From Acidimicrobiaceae bacterium (GTDB lineage: Bacteria > Actinomycetota > Acidimicrobiia > Acidimicrobiales > RAAP-2), in contig PKWY01000033.1 in NCBI GenBank assembly GCA_003132205.1, positions 90,373-154,372 on the forward strand: DNA of 64,000 nucleotides, in the 5' to 3' direction. Within the stretch, counting starts at the first letter, position 1, and every line of letters starts with the position of its first letter. Position numbers and translations under genes: made by a program. Under the pieces are notes generated by a model. That model searched no databases. It was not told the origin of the DNA and saw nothing but the letters and a program-made list of their open reading frames with translations. Positions 29,619 through 39,811 of this stretch are shown one piece after another.

Positions 29619-32171
29619 CTAGGCATTGGCGAACTCCTCAACTCTTGATTCCGTTACCTTGGGGTTCGCACGACGATTTCGGGCGTAGGTGTAAATTCCC
29701 ACCGCGAAGAAGATCAAGAATCCCTGGGACCAGTATTGATAGGCCTGGGATAGGTTCAAGAACACCGTAATGTTGAGAAGCTCTTCGAGAAGTAGTGATC
29801 CAATAAAGACACCAATGAACGATCCCCGCCCGCCGAAGACGCTGGTACCGCCAAGCACGACCGCGGTAACGCCGGCCAACGTGAAGTTGACACCCTGGGT
29901 TGCATCACCAACGCCAATCGAAGCCATCAGCATGATGCCTCCGAGTGCCGAGAAAAGGCTGCAAATCATGTAGGCGCGGATAATTGTGAGATTTGGATTG
30001 ATACCAAGTCGGAAAGCGGCTTCCGGATCGGAGCCGACGGCCCGCAAGCGGCGGCCCCATTTACGTCGACGCAGACCATAGTCAAGCATCACCGCGCCCA
30101 CGACGCAGATCATGAACGCGTACGGGATATTCAGTACGCCCTCCTGAACATCATTAATGATGGTGTATGAAACGTAGCCCGCTTGGAATGGCCGGATAGC
30201 GAGCGAAACTCCCTGCAAACCAATATAGGTAACAAGTGTCGCCGCAACTGGAGTAAACACCTTGCTTTGAACCAAAAGGCCATTGACAATTCCAACAACA
30301 GCGGCAACGACCGCCATGACGACAAAGCCAAGTATCACCTCACCAATATTCTTGGTAGAGGTTTCGTACACCGACCCTATTACCGCGGTAAGACCCACCA
30401 TTGGACCAGCGGACAGGTCAATTCCACCAGTCATGATCACAAATGTCTCGCCGAAAGCGACGAAGCAGAGTCCGGCGATGAGCAAGAGGAGCCCGTTGAG
30501 ATTAAAGGCCGACAAGAACCTAGGACTGTGAATTGCTGTAACTACTGTGACCAATACAGTGAGTATTGCGAGCACGGCCGGAGCACCATAGTCGCTACGG
30601 CCAAATCTCTTGAATCGATGACTGGATTGATTTGATCTGGACTTCCGCTCGTTGCTGCTCTCCTGGCGGCGCCTCGTCGCTGTAACAATCGACTGCGTTA
30701 TGTTGTGGCTGATGACATCGTCTCCGCTGAGTTCAGCGACCTTCTCCCCGGACGACAAAGTAATAACTCGGTCGCAGAGGCCGCTTAATTCACGGTTGTC
30801 GGAGGAAACGATGACGACGGCCACACCCTTCTCCGCAATCGAACGAAGGATTTTGTAGATTTCTGCACGGGCACCGACATCGACGCCCTGCGTTGGCTCG
30901 TCAGCGAGAAGCACTTTCATGTCCTGGCTCAGCAAACTACGCATGAATAGGACTTTTTGCTGGTTTCCGCCAGAAAGGGAAAGGACGTTCGAGTCAATGG
31001 AATTCGTTTTAAGAGCGAGGGATTGCGCTCGTTCGCGCACAGCCACGGATTCCACGCTGGAACGCACTACCCCGAATTTTGAAAACATCTTCAAGTTTGA
31101 AACAACCGTGTTTTCGCGTACCGACAACGACGTCATGAGTCCTTCATGCAATCGGTCGGCCGATAAGTAAACGATGCCTTCTCGCAAGGCGTCGGATGAA
31201 TGACGAAGCTTCTTGACCTCCCCATTAACGACTATGTCGCCCGCCGCGCGGTTGAGGCCACCCAACGCCCGAAGTAGTTGGGACTGACCATTGCCAATGA
31301 TGCCAGCGATTCCAAGAATTTCGCCGGCGGGTACTTCCAGGTTAACGTTGAAGAAACCGTCTCCAGTGAGGCCCCTAGTTACGAGTGCGGGAGCGAGAGT
31401 CGCGCCCGCATGTTTTCCCGGAAACTCCGAAGCGAGGGCGCGTCCCACAATCAGACCAAGGATTTGCTGATCGGTCGTATCCGTAACGGCAAAAGTCCCG
31501 CGGCCTTCACCGTCGCGCAGAATAGTTACCGTGTCACAAATCTGTCGAACCTCAGTGAGTCGGTGGGTGATGTAAATGATTGAGACCCCCGAGGTCGCCA
31601 GTTGGCGAACCCGTGAAAACAGCATCTCGGTTTCCCGAGCGCCAAGCGCCGCTGTTGGTTCGTCGAGGATGAGAATCTTTGGCTGAGCCATCAAGGCTTT
31701 TGCGATTTCCAAGAGCTGCTGCTCAACAACGTTCAAATCACTTACTCGAGCGCTTGAAGAGACGTCCAGGCCCACATTTGAAAGTTGTTGAGCAACAAAC
31801 TTCTTGGTAGCACTATCCAATTTGCTCACCTTTGAAGGCAAGCCCATTGCAAGGTTTTCGAAGACGGTGAGATCAGGCGCGAGCGCCGGGTGTTGATACA
31901 CAATTGAGATGCCCAATTCCTGGGTCTTAAGGGGATTGAGGTCTTCGGCCTTCACGCCGAAGACCTCAATCGTGCCTCTGTCGGGTTGGAGAGACCCTGC
32001 GGTCACTCCCATCAGAGTCGACTTTCCCGCACCATTTTCTCCAAGAAGAGCGTGAATCTCCCCCTGTTTCACCTCGAGCGAGACATCCTTGAGGGCTGCC
32101 ACGCCATCGAAGTGCTTCCATACGTTGGAGATCTTCAGTGCAATGGGGTTCGACTGCTGAGTACCGGACAT
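29619..32171 (-). CDS. Sugar-type (CUT2) ABC transporter: double ATPase fused to a permease (850 aa)
   Basis: GENGAGKS, LILDEPT, LSGGNQQKV and LADEPTQGVD, then a RbsC-like TM domain (GGIDLSAG, AVVLGGTS). Confidence 0.92.
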   Translation of the reverse strand: MSGTQQSNPIALKISNVWKHFDGVAALKDVSLEVKQGEIHALLGENGAGKSTLMGVTAGSLQPDRGTIEVFGVKAEDLNPLKTQELGISIVYQHPALAPDLTVFENLAMGLPSKVSKLDSATKKFVAQQLSNVGLDVSSSARVSDLNVVEQQLLEIAKALMAQPKILILDEPTAALGARETEMLFSRVRQLATSGVSIIYITHRLTEVRQICDTVTILRDGEGRGTFAVTDTTDQQILGLIVGRALASEFPGKHAGATLAPALVTRGLTGDGFFNVNLEVPAGEILGIAGIIGNGQSQLLRALGGLNRAAGDIVVNGEVKKLRHSSDALREGIVYLSADRLHEGLMTSLSVRENTVVSNLKMFSKFGVVRSSVESVAVRERAQSLALKTNSIDSNVLSLSGGNQQKVLFMRSLLSQDMKVLLADEPTQGVDVGARAEIYKILRSIAEKGVAVVIVSSDNRELSGLCDRVITLSSGEKVAELSGDDVISHNITQSIVTATRRRQESSNERKSRSNQSSHRFKRFGRSDYGAPAVLAILTVLVTVVTAIHSPRFLSAFNLNGLLLLIAGLCFVAFGETFVIMTGGIDLSAGPMVGLTAVIGSVYETSTKNIGEVILGFVVMAVVAAVVGIVNGLLVQSKVFTPVAATLVTYIGLQGVSLAIRPFQAGYVSYTIINDVQEGVLNIPYAFMICVVGAVMLDYGLRRRKWGRRLRAVGSDPEAAFRLGINPNLTIIRAYMICSLFSALGGIMLMASIGVGDATQGVNFTLAGVTAVVLGGTSVFGGRGSFIGVFIGSLLLEELLNITVFLNLSQAYQYWSQGFLIFFAVGIYTYARNRRANPKVTESRVEEFANA

Positions 32172-32222
32172 CTAACTATCTATCTTTCTTTCTTGACTAC
32201 TGCTGACTGTTACAACGTGGCC

Positions 32223-33362
32223 TTACTTGCGCTGTGGGACCTTGCCTGCAAGGGCAGCCTTCTGCTGTGCATTTGTCAGACCGCTCGAGTTGATAGCGGT
32301 AGCTGGCAGCGATGATTGGCAGTTCGGCGCAACTTCACCACCACTTGGGTGAACCGAGTTCTCATAAGTTTCCTGAGGAACGTTGGTAGTAGGCACTTTG
32401 CCACCGGTTGCCTTCGCAACTGCATAGCGAATTGCGTACTCAACCATCCAATTCTGTGATGAAACTGTCATCAACTGGAAGCTGGGGTCAGATGCAGAGT
32501 CAGCCTTGAACGCGCAAGCGACGTTGTTGCCGTCTTCAGTAGCGATCACCGGAATCTGCTGACCGGCCTTCGCCCACTCTGGGAATGCACCCGCAAGTGC
32601 TGAACCGTAGTCACTGACAACGGCCTTGATGGCGTTCGAACCCGTGTTCTGCGAGAGCAGTCCATCAATGACCGTCACGGTTGTTGCCGGGTCCCAGTTG
32701 GTCACGTTAAATGGTGAAGTACCTACCAACTTGATATTGGGGTAGCTCTTAAACACACTGTTGAGTCCCTGAAGCTCTTGCAAACCCTGCGAGTTTCCTG
32801 GAGGACCTGAAAGGAACGCAACGTTTCCGCCAGCCGTGCCGAGTTGAGCGGCAACGAACTTTCCCCAATCGACACCAGCCGATACGAAGTTCGTACCGAT
32901 GTAAGCAGTGTAGTTAACGTGCGCTTTTCCACCAGGGCTGACGCGGTAAGGAACAACAATTGTTCCAGCCTTGTAGGCCTTGGTGAGCACCGGAAGCATC
33001 GCGGCTCCCGCGTCCGGGAAGTCAACGATTGCATTGATGCCCTGTGAAACAAGCCCGTTTATGTCGCTGATCGCCTTCTGGGTGCTTCCCTGACCATTCG
33101 TGTACACGAACTTCGAAACGCTCTTGCAGCTAAGAGCCGTCAATGCGCCCGAATAACGCGTGATCTCGCGCCAGGTGTTGTTACCGAAACCATCAGCAAG
33201 AGCAACGGATGCGTGCTTTGGTCCGCACCAGCTACCAGGTGAAGTTGCGGCACCTGACGGTGTGCCCGAGAGGGTCAGTGGCGCAATCAGAGCTACAACC
33301 ATCGCTGTAGTCCCAATGATGCCCACCTTCCTCGACCTAGAAATCATCTTGTTAATATTCAT
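32223..33362 (-). CDS. Periplasmic-binding-protein type I (sugar-type) ABC substrate-binding protein
   Basis: Signal peptide; DGFGNNTW, ISDINGLVSQGINAIV; located in the ABC operon. Confidence 0.88.
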   Translation of the reverse strand: MNINKMISRSRKVGIIGTTAMVVALIAPLTLSGTPSGAATSPGSWCGPKHASVALADGFGNNTWREITRYSGALTALSCKSVSKFVYTNGQGSTQKAISDINGLVSQGINAIVDFPDAGAAMLPVLTKAYKAGTIVVPYRVSPGGKAHVNYTAYIGTNFVSAGVDWGKFVAAQLGTAGGNVAFLSGPPGNSQGLQELQGLNSVFKSYPNIKLVGTSPFNVTNWDPATTVTVIDGLLSQNTGSNAIKAVVSDYGSALAGAFPEWAKAGQQIPVIATEDGNNVACAFKADSASDPSFQLMTVSSQNWMVEYAIRYAVAKATGGKVPTTNVPQETYENSVHPSGGEVAPNCQSSLPATAINSSGLTNAQQKAALAGKVPQRK

Positions 33363-33507
33363 TTCCCCCCTTATAGGTTTTTGGTGTTACTTCATTTACA
33401 GCAACTTCTCCCACTGCAGTAGCGATGGTCGAAGAAATTCGCTTAATAGAAAAAGTTGGCAATGCCTCCTTTGTCTTCACTAAACGATCTGGTGTGCTTC
33501 AATGCGA

Positions 33508-34533
33508 TCATGTTGAGGAACCCGTACTAACGGGGTTCGAAACCAACGATGGATTGTGACCTCGCGTCGTCCTTGGGCGCTTGAAGAACTTGGACAACCC
33601 GCCCGACGAACGCAATCCGTAAACGCTGATCCCAATGGCAAGCGCGACTGCTTGAACAATGTCTTGAACCGCCGCAGTCGCACCAGTGGCGAGCACAAAC
33701 CCTTGGAGTTGGATGAGAAAGGCAGCTCCGAATGCAGTGGCGACCGGACTACCCGCTCCACCAAGCAAAGCGGTGCCGCCAAGCACGACAGCCGCCACCG
33801 ATAAGAGCAAGTATGTATCACCCTGGAAGACGTCAGGCTGTTGGATGATTCCCGCGAGCATTACACCTGCGAGCGTGTACAGCATTGCCGAACCCACGTA
33901 GGCCATGTATCGGTAACGATTCGTGCGCAGACCAGCTGCGAGGCCGGCTCGCTCGCTCGCACCGCTCGCTTCAAACCTTCGTCCAACGATTGTCTTCTTC
34001 ATTACCAACTCGACTGCAACAATCACGATGACCCCAAGCACGAAGGGCATTTGAAGTCCGAACACGTGGTCATTCATGAAATTGAAAAGGTGTGTCGTGG
34101 TTTGGGTTGGCGTTCCGTGACAAATTGCAACGTTTATGCCGTACAGAACAGCATTCATTCCGAGGGTCTGAACAATTGGCATGATGCCAACTCGTGTAAC
34201 CATGAATCCGTTCACGAATCCGGCAACAATGGCGACGCCAAAGGCTAGGAAGATTGAAGGGATCAACAGTGAATTGTTTCCGTTTGGCATGTGCGAGACA
34301 ATGATCGCTGAAAGCGAGATGAATCCCGGTGCCGACAGGTCAATACCGCGCTGCTGAATAATTAGTTGCTGACCAACACCAACGACCATCAGGACGCCGA
34401 CAAAAGGCCAGAAGGCAGCGAGCGCGGCGCGTCCTAGACTCGATGGTTCAACCAGCGCCGAAGCAATGACGAGCAGCAGAAAAGCAATTGCAATACCGCT
34501 TGATTTTGACCAGCGGCTGAATTGATCTCTCAT
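33508..34533 (-). CDS. Sugar-type ABC transporter permease
   Basis: GIDLSAPG, G.VNG.MV and AAVVLGGT.L.GG.GS motifs. Confidence 0.92.
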   Translation of the reverse strand: MRDQFSRWSKSSGIAIAFLLLVIASALVEPSSLGRAALAAFWPFVGVLMVVGVGQQLIIQQRGIDLSAPGFISLSAIIVSHMPNGNNSLLIPSIFLAFGVAIVAGFVNGFMVTRVGIMPIVQTLGMNAVLYGINVAICHGTPTQTTTHLFNFMNDHVFGLQMPFVLGVIVIVAVELVMKKTIVGRRFEASGASERAGLAAGLRTNRYRYMAYVGSAMLYTLAGVMLAGIIQQPDVFQGDTYLLLSVAAVVLGGTALLGGAGSPVATAFGAAFLIQLQGFVLATGATAAVQDIVQAVALAIGISVYGLRSSGGLSKFFKRPRTTRGHNPSLVSNPVSTGSST

Positions 34534-34610
34534 TTACGACCCCCTCCCCCGAGAAGACATTTCGATTCTTTGGCACAGCAAGCAATGAACTACTTCCGAA
34601 CTCTCATGAA

Positions 34611-35042
34611 CTAGTGAGAGTGATCGTCACCACCCACCGTTGGGTAGCGCATTTCATAGCCGGCAGTAGCTTTGGACGAGGCGCCTGCCCAACCCCAGAT
34701 CATCTCTGCTTCTTCTGTCGCCGATGTGTTCCTAAAACCGTGCCAGGCACCCTTCTTATGAAACGCAACGTCACCTGCCTTGACAGGTATTTCATTGTCA
34801 CCATCCAGAACGATTCCCTCGCCTCTGGTGATGTACGCAAACTCCTCGGCGTTCTCGTGGCGGTGCCACTGGTGCTCGGAATGACCCGGAGCGAAGCGAG
34901 CTCGACCAAATACAAGGTGTTCCGAACCGCCATTGAATGCGTCAATCACGAACTGCACGGTCATACCAACCCAGCCTTGATCTGGACCGAGATCCGGTTG
35001 TGCCGGCACTTCGTCAATATTCACCTTGTACGTCTCGCCCAT
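34611..35042 (-). CDS. Metal-binding cupin
   Basis: HQWHRHENAEE motif 1 and G.WHGFRN motif 2. Confidence 0.9.
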   Translation of the reverse strand: MGETYKVNIDEVPAQPDLGPDQGWVGMTVQFVIDAFNGGSEHLVFGRARFAPGHSEHQWHRHENAEEFAYITRGEGIVLDGDNEIPVKAGDVAFHKKGAWHGFRNTSATEEAEMIWGWAGASSKATAGYEMRYPTVGGDDHSH

Positions 35043-35299
35043 GAGAACCCCCGTTTCTTGGTCAGGCTAACCACATCATTGGGTAGCATATTACACACAG
35101 AACGGACGTCTTGTTCAATAATGCTTGAAAATCTTGAGCGCTAGCGAACAACATATTTCGTCTGAAAGTTACTGGGTAGTATGAGTTATCTTGGCTTTCT
35201 GAATGATCTATCTCTCCTTAACGAATTTGGAGAGGGACAGAAACATACACATCGGGCGCACACCAAGACTTAGAGTTGAATGAGACAGGAGGCATTGAT

Positions 35300-36019
35300 A
35301 TGACGACAGAGATTGGTGCCCTTCTACGGCGGGCCAGACTCAAGCAATCGATGAGTCTCCGAAGCCTCGCCTCTGCAATTGGTGTATCAGCGAGTCTTAT
35401 TTCACAGGTAGAAACGGGAAAGACTCAACCGTCAGTTTCAACTCTTTACTCCTTGAGCAATTATCTGGGCTTGTCCATGGATGATCTCCTGGGGAATAGT
35501 CCTTCGGAAATAACCTCATTGAAGCGATCCGCTGCGGCCATGCAAGGACCACACGGGACAGTCCTCCCCGCAGTGCAGTACGCCGCTGACAATCCAAGCA
35601 TTGAAATGGACAACGGCGTTCGCTGGGAGCGACTGGCCGTTGGCGAAGGTGGTCCCGCTGAACCCTTGCTCGTGACTTACGCACCTGGCGCGTCGAGTTC
35701 GATTGAGGGGAAACTCATGCGTCATAGCGGTTTTGAATACGCCTATATTCTCGAGGGCGAGCTAACACTTCAACTGGAATTTGATACTTACGTTCTCTCA
35801 GCCGGCGATTCGCTGCAATTCGACTCTGTACGGCCGCATATGTACACCAATCACGGCACGGTGGCAGCACGAGGAGTCTGGCACGTGGTGGGCCGTCGCC
35901 AGCAAAACCAAGAAATGCCGACGGCGCCAGAGAATCCCAACTCGAGAGTCAAGAAAGGCGGTACGGATTTGAATACCGCTGTTGATGTGCTTGACGCTCT
36001 GGACCGGTTCATTTCTTGA
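35300..36019 (+). CDS. XRE-family HTH plus cupin transcriptional regulator (start corrected to 35300)
   Basis: SLRSLA..IGVSASLISQVETGKTQPSVSTL HTH; H.GFEYAYILEG...FDS.RPH cupin; AGGAGG RBS; divergent from the cupin/ABC operon. Confidence 0.93.
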   Translation: MTTEIGALLRRARLKQSMSLRSLASAIGVSASLISQVETGKTQPSVSTLYSLSNYLGLSMDDLLGNSPSEITSLKRSAAAMQGPHGTVLPAVQYAADNPSIEMDNGVRWERLAVGEGGPAEPLLVTYAPGASSSIEGKLMRHSGFEYAYILEGELTLQLEFDTYVLSAGDSLQFDSVRPHMYTNHGTVAARGVWHVVGRRQQNQEMPTAPENPNSRVKKGGTDLNTAVDVLDALDRFIS

Positions 36020-36166
36020 GTTTGACCTACTGCGACCCTCGAATCTCCTTCGACTCGACACGCTCAGTTTCTTAGCATTTGTCGGGTACGATACAAGTTC
36101 AACTAGTTGCAGCGATCAACTTCAACTTGACTTACATCGCGCCTTCAGTCACCTGACTAGCGATCT

Positions 36167-36400
36167 CTAACTACCGCGGGGCCGGTCAATCCGGTGGCTC
36201 ACTATCCAAATGGTGACACCGGTTACACCCGCTGCTATGAGTCCACCTAGAGATCCATGAATGCCGGAAATGTCAACAAGGATGATTGCGATCACGCCCG
36301 CTGCCAACCCGGCCAGCACACCCCACTTAAGGCCTCTCGTCATCATCCTCCTAGGACTACTCGACGAATGATAGGGCCTGTCGTGATTGCGCCTTGAAGA
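36167..36400 (-). CDS. Small hypothetical membrane protein (two TM segments; start uncertain)
   Basis: GLKWGVLAGLAAGVIAIILV...GGLIAAGVTGVTIWIV hydrophobic hairpin with a basic C-terminus. Confidence 0.5.
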   Translation of the reverse strand, partial: SSRRNHDRPYHSSSSPRRMMTRGLKWGVLAGLAAGVIAIILVDISGIHGSLGGLIAAGVTGVTIWIVSHRIDRPRGS

Positions 36401-36678
36401 CATCAGGAAGTTGTTGCTTGACAGTTCACCCGAACGTGCCAGAGTTGCCGCGTCGAGTTCGCGCATCTGCATGCAGCACCATGGTCGTTTCAGCAGCGCT
36501 ATGACTCATAGCGACGATGCCACTGCCTCGAGGTGCACCGTCCGAGTTTCGAGGTGATCGACGCACTTCTTATCGAGATTGCTACACCGTTGTCAACCAC
36601 CCCAAACACCCGCCGGGCTCTGGCGCAGGGCTCGGCCGACTCCACCACTTGCTTGCGCTATCTTCGACCTCAACTCGG

Positions 36679-37197
36679 CTAGCCGGAAAGGGCGGTCGGC
36701 GTCAAAAGGTCTTCCACGAAAGCCGTGGACGGGCCGAGCTCGGACCAACGACTCGTCACACGAATCGTGGCCAACGCGCAGGTGGGGAATCCGGCACGCA
36801 CTGCATCCAGGCGGGCCGGATCGCCATCGCTGACCAGTTCAATTAGCAGGTCCTGTACGCCGGGGTTGTGGCCGATGAGCAGCACTGACTGCACCTCGTC
36901 GGGCAGCGCACGGAGCCGCGCAAGCAACTCGGTGCCGCTCGCGCCATAGAGCCCCTCTTCGATTTGCACCTCGACCGAGTTACCGAGAAGCTTGGCGATC
37001 GGCTGATACGTCTGTACGGCGCGAGTCGCCGGGGAACAAAGAACAAGTTCCGGCAGCGGGAGCGTCCGCGCCAGCCGTCGGGCCATACGCCGGGCTGCCT
37101 TCTCCCCTCTGGGGGCGAGTGGCCGCTCGAAATCGGGCACGCTGGAATCCTTCCAACTCGATTTAGCGTGGCGCATGACGTACAGGGATCTTTTCAT
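36679..37197 (-). CDS. sixA: SixA-like histidine phosphatase (start corrected to 37197)
   Basis: RHAKS, D.ERPL..RG, CSPATRA.QT and LLIGHNPG motifs. Confidence 0.9.
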   Translation of the reverse strand: MKRSLYVMRHAKSSWKDSSVPDFERPLAPRGEKAARRMARRLARTLPLPELVLCSPATRAVQTYQPIAKLLGNSVEVQIEEGLYGASGTELLARLRALPDEVQSVLLIGHNPGVQDLLIELVSDGDPARLDAVRAGFPTCALATIRVTSRWSELGPSTAFVEDLLTPTALSG

Positions 37198-37563
37198 CTG
37201 CCGATTGCACCCGTCCAGTTGTCCATGGTTTCCCCGGTCTTCCTGCCGAATCACGAAACTGAAGGAAATTGCGAACATTCACCCGGGCCTTCACGTTCGC
37301 CTGTCCACAGTGGCCGGCACGTGAATGCCAGGCAGAACTCACCGTAGCAGCGCTGCGGGCGTTGGCTCTTTGCGCACTTTCCATCGTCGAGCTTCCCGCA
37401 CTGCGTTTGTCGGGGAGGGGAAGCTTTGGGTCGAGTCAATCACGGAGCGCCCGCGCTGGCTACGCTCGTGACCTTCGCCCCTACCTGGCCGCTCGCGGGA
37501 CGCACAGAATAGCTCCATGGGAAGCAGAGATCGCGGCGCAGGGCGAGTGGGAGGTGTCCGGCG

Positions 37564-38907
37564 GTGCCCGGAGCGCTTCTGACCGACCTCTACGAGCTCA
37601 GGATGGCGGCGAGCTACCTGCGCCACGGCATGGATGCGCCCGCCACGTTCAGCCTCTTTGTCCGCAACCTGCCGCCGAGTCGCGGCTTTCTCGTCGCCGC
37701 CGGTGCGGAGAGCTGTTGTGAGTGGCTGGAGCAGTTCAGTTTCGAGGACGGAGACCTCACGTACCTCGCTACTCTCGGCTTCGATGACGCGACACTCGCG
37801 TCGTTCTCCGAGCTCCACTTCACCGGGGACGTCGTTGCCGTTCCCGAGGGTCGGATCGTCTTCGCCAACGAGCCGATCCTCGAGGTCACCGCCCCCATCG
37901 CCGAGGCGCAGCTCGTCGAGACCTACCTGCTCAACAAGGTCAGCCTGCAGTCGATGCTCGCCACGAAGGCAGCCCGCTGCCGCCTGGCCGCAGCGGGCAA
38001 GATCGACCTCGTCGAGTTCGGGTTCCGTCGGACCCAGGGCGTCGAGACGGGAATCGCCGTGGCACGCCTTTCGGCGATGGTGGGGTTCTCCGCGACGAGC
38101 AACGTCGAGGCCGCCCGACGCTACGGACTCACCGCAACCGGGACCATGGCGCACTCCTATATCGAGGCCTTCGAGCATGAAGTCGACGCCTTCTCGACCT
38201 TCGCGAGCGACTTTCCCGATCAGACGACATTCCTGGTCGACACCTACGACACCCTCGCCGGCGTCGCCCGCGCGATCGAGGTCATCGAAAGCCGCGGCCT
38301 TGCGCAGCACTCCGGCATCCGTCTCGACAGCGGTGACCTCGCGCAACTCGCCGTCGCTGCCCGAAGCCTCCTCGACGCAGCGGGCCTATTCGACGTCCGC
38401 ATCTTCGTCTCTGGGGGACTCGACGAGTACGACCTCGCGCGTTTCGTCGCCGCTGGCGCCCCGATCAACGCGGCGGGCCTCGGGACCCGTCTCGGCGTCT
38501 CGGCGGATGCCCCGTACCTCGACTCCGCCTACAAGCTCGTCGCCTACGACGGCCGCCCGGTAGCCAAGCTCTCGGAGGCAAAGGCCACCCTTCCCGGCCC
38601 GAAGCAGGTCTTCCGTGGTGCTGAACTCCGAGATGCGATCGGCTGTCGGGACGAGGCGGCCCCGGCCGGCACGGTCGGTCTGCTCGAGGAGATGATGCGG
38701 TCCGGTCGGCGGCTCGGGAGTCCGGACTCGCTATCCGCCGCGCGCGGACGCTTCGAGGCCGACCTGCGCGAGCTGCCAGACGCCGCCCGCGACCTCACCC
38801 ATCCGGTCACGCCGGTCTGCGAAATCACGGCAAGGCTATCGCGGCTCACCGAGCAGGTCCGAGCCGCAGCCCGCCAACGGGCGGGCCTCGAAGTTGGCTC
38901 ACCATAG
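37564..38907 (+). CDS. pncB: Nicotinate phosphoribosyltransferase
   Basis: LLTDLYEL.M, EFGFRR.QG, GTMAHSYI, LVDTYDT, GIRLDSGD, SGGLDE and YKLV motifs. Confidence 0.95.
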   Translation: MPGALLTDLYELRMAASYLRHGMDAPATFSLFVRNLPPSRGFLVAAGAESCCEWLEQFSFEDGDLTYLATLGFDDATLASFSELHFTGDVVAVPEGRIVFANEPILEVTAPIAEAQLVETYLLNKVSLQSMLATKAARCRLAAAGKIDLVEFGFRRTQGVETGIAVARLSAMVGFSATSNVEAARRYGLTATGTMAHSYIEAFEHEVDAFSTFASDFPDQTTFLVDTYDTLAGVARAIEVIESRGLAQHSGIRLDSGDLAQLAVAARSLLDAAGLFDVRIFVSGGLDEYDLARFVAAGAPINAAGLGTRLGVSADAPYLDSAYKLVAYDGRPVAKLSEAKATLPGPKQVFRGAELRDAIGCRDEAAPAGTVGLLEEMMRSGRRLGSPDSLSAARGRFEADLRELPDAARDLTHPVTPVCEITARLSRLTEQVRAAARQRAGLEVGSP

Positions 38908-39030
38908 CGGTGGTCGAGAACGTCGTCGGCGATCGTCAGTTTCCAGTGCTGCCGACGCGAGCGTGCGCATTCGCACGCTGTCTTTGAGTTGAGGTGAATC
39001 CCGGCGGATCTCGTTGCCCTTGCTCGCTTT

Positions 39031-39053
39031 CATCTCGGACAATCTCCGAGATG
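39031..39053. repeat. Perfect inverted repeat CATCTCGGA-CAATC-TCCGAGATG between pncB and pncA
   Basis: 9-bp stem, 5-nt loop; no U-tract, so function is unclear. Confidence 0.5.
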
Positions 39054-39158
39054 GGGCGGTACAGTTCATCAGATGACGACCAAGGTCTCTGAATCCGCGC
39101 AAAACGTCACCACGGCGCTCGTGCTGCGCGAAGACTTCCAGGCACGAGTTTGTAACCC

Positions 39159-39728
39159 ATGAAGACTGCTCTCATCGTGGTCGATGTGCAGAACGACTTC
39201 GCCGACCCGTCCGGATCGCTCTACGTGCCGGGTGGTGAAGGTATCGCAACGAAGTTGGCCGCCGCCCTGGATCACAAGGGCCCACCCGGTGATGCCGATC
39301 TCGTCGTCGCCACCAAGGACTGGCATGGTGACCATCCCGGCGATCACTTCAAAGTGTGGCCAGTCCACTGCGTTGCCTCAACGTGGGGAGCTCAGTTTCA
39401 TCCGGCAATCGACGCCGTAGCCGGTGCTGGCCAGGTCTTCTACAAGGGTGCGCTGGGCGCGGCCTATTCGGGCTTTGAGGGCACCAACCCCAACCACGAA
39501 TCCCTCGACGCCTACCTGAAGTCAATGGACGTCACCGATGTGACAGTCGTCGGTCTCGCTACGGATTACTGCGTGAAAGCCACTGCACTCGACGCCGTTC
39601 GCCTCGGCTACAACGCCACCCTGGACTTGGACTTCTGCGCAGGAGTGGCGCCAGAAACGACCGAGGCGGCAATCGCGGAGATGCAAGCTAGCGGAGTGAG
39701 CATCAAACGCCCCAACATCCACCCTTAG
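39159..39728 (+). CDS. pncA: Nicotinamidase/pyrazinamidase
   Basis: VDVQNDF, DWH..HF..WPVHC and GLATDYCV motifs. Confidence 0.93.
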   Translation: MKTALIVVDVQNDFADPSGSLYVPGGEGIATKLAAALDHKGPPGDADLVVATKDWHGDHPGDHFKVWPVHCVASTWGAQFHPAIDAVAGAGQVFYKGALGAAYSGFEGTNPNHESLDAYLKSMDVTDVTVVGLATDYCVKATALDAVRLGYNATLDLDFCAGVAPETTEAAIAEMQASGVSIKRPNIHP

Positions 39729-39811
39729 GCCCGTTCAACGGTCGAACGGCATCTTCCAGATGAGGGGTTGGAACGCTGAAGGGTCCTTGTCCACGCAATA
39801 CCCGCGGCGAT

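Noticed and set aside
36480-36680. Short + strand frame (SFEVIDALLIEIATPLS...) as a regulator remnant
   Set aside because: No HTH or other diagnostic motif could be recognised.
39031-39053. Hairpin between pncB and pncA as an intrinsic terminator or NrtR box
   Set aside because: It has no U-tract on either strand and does not match the NrtR consensus I know. It is listed only as an inverted repeat.
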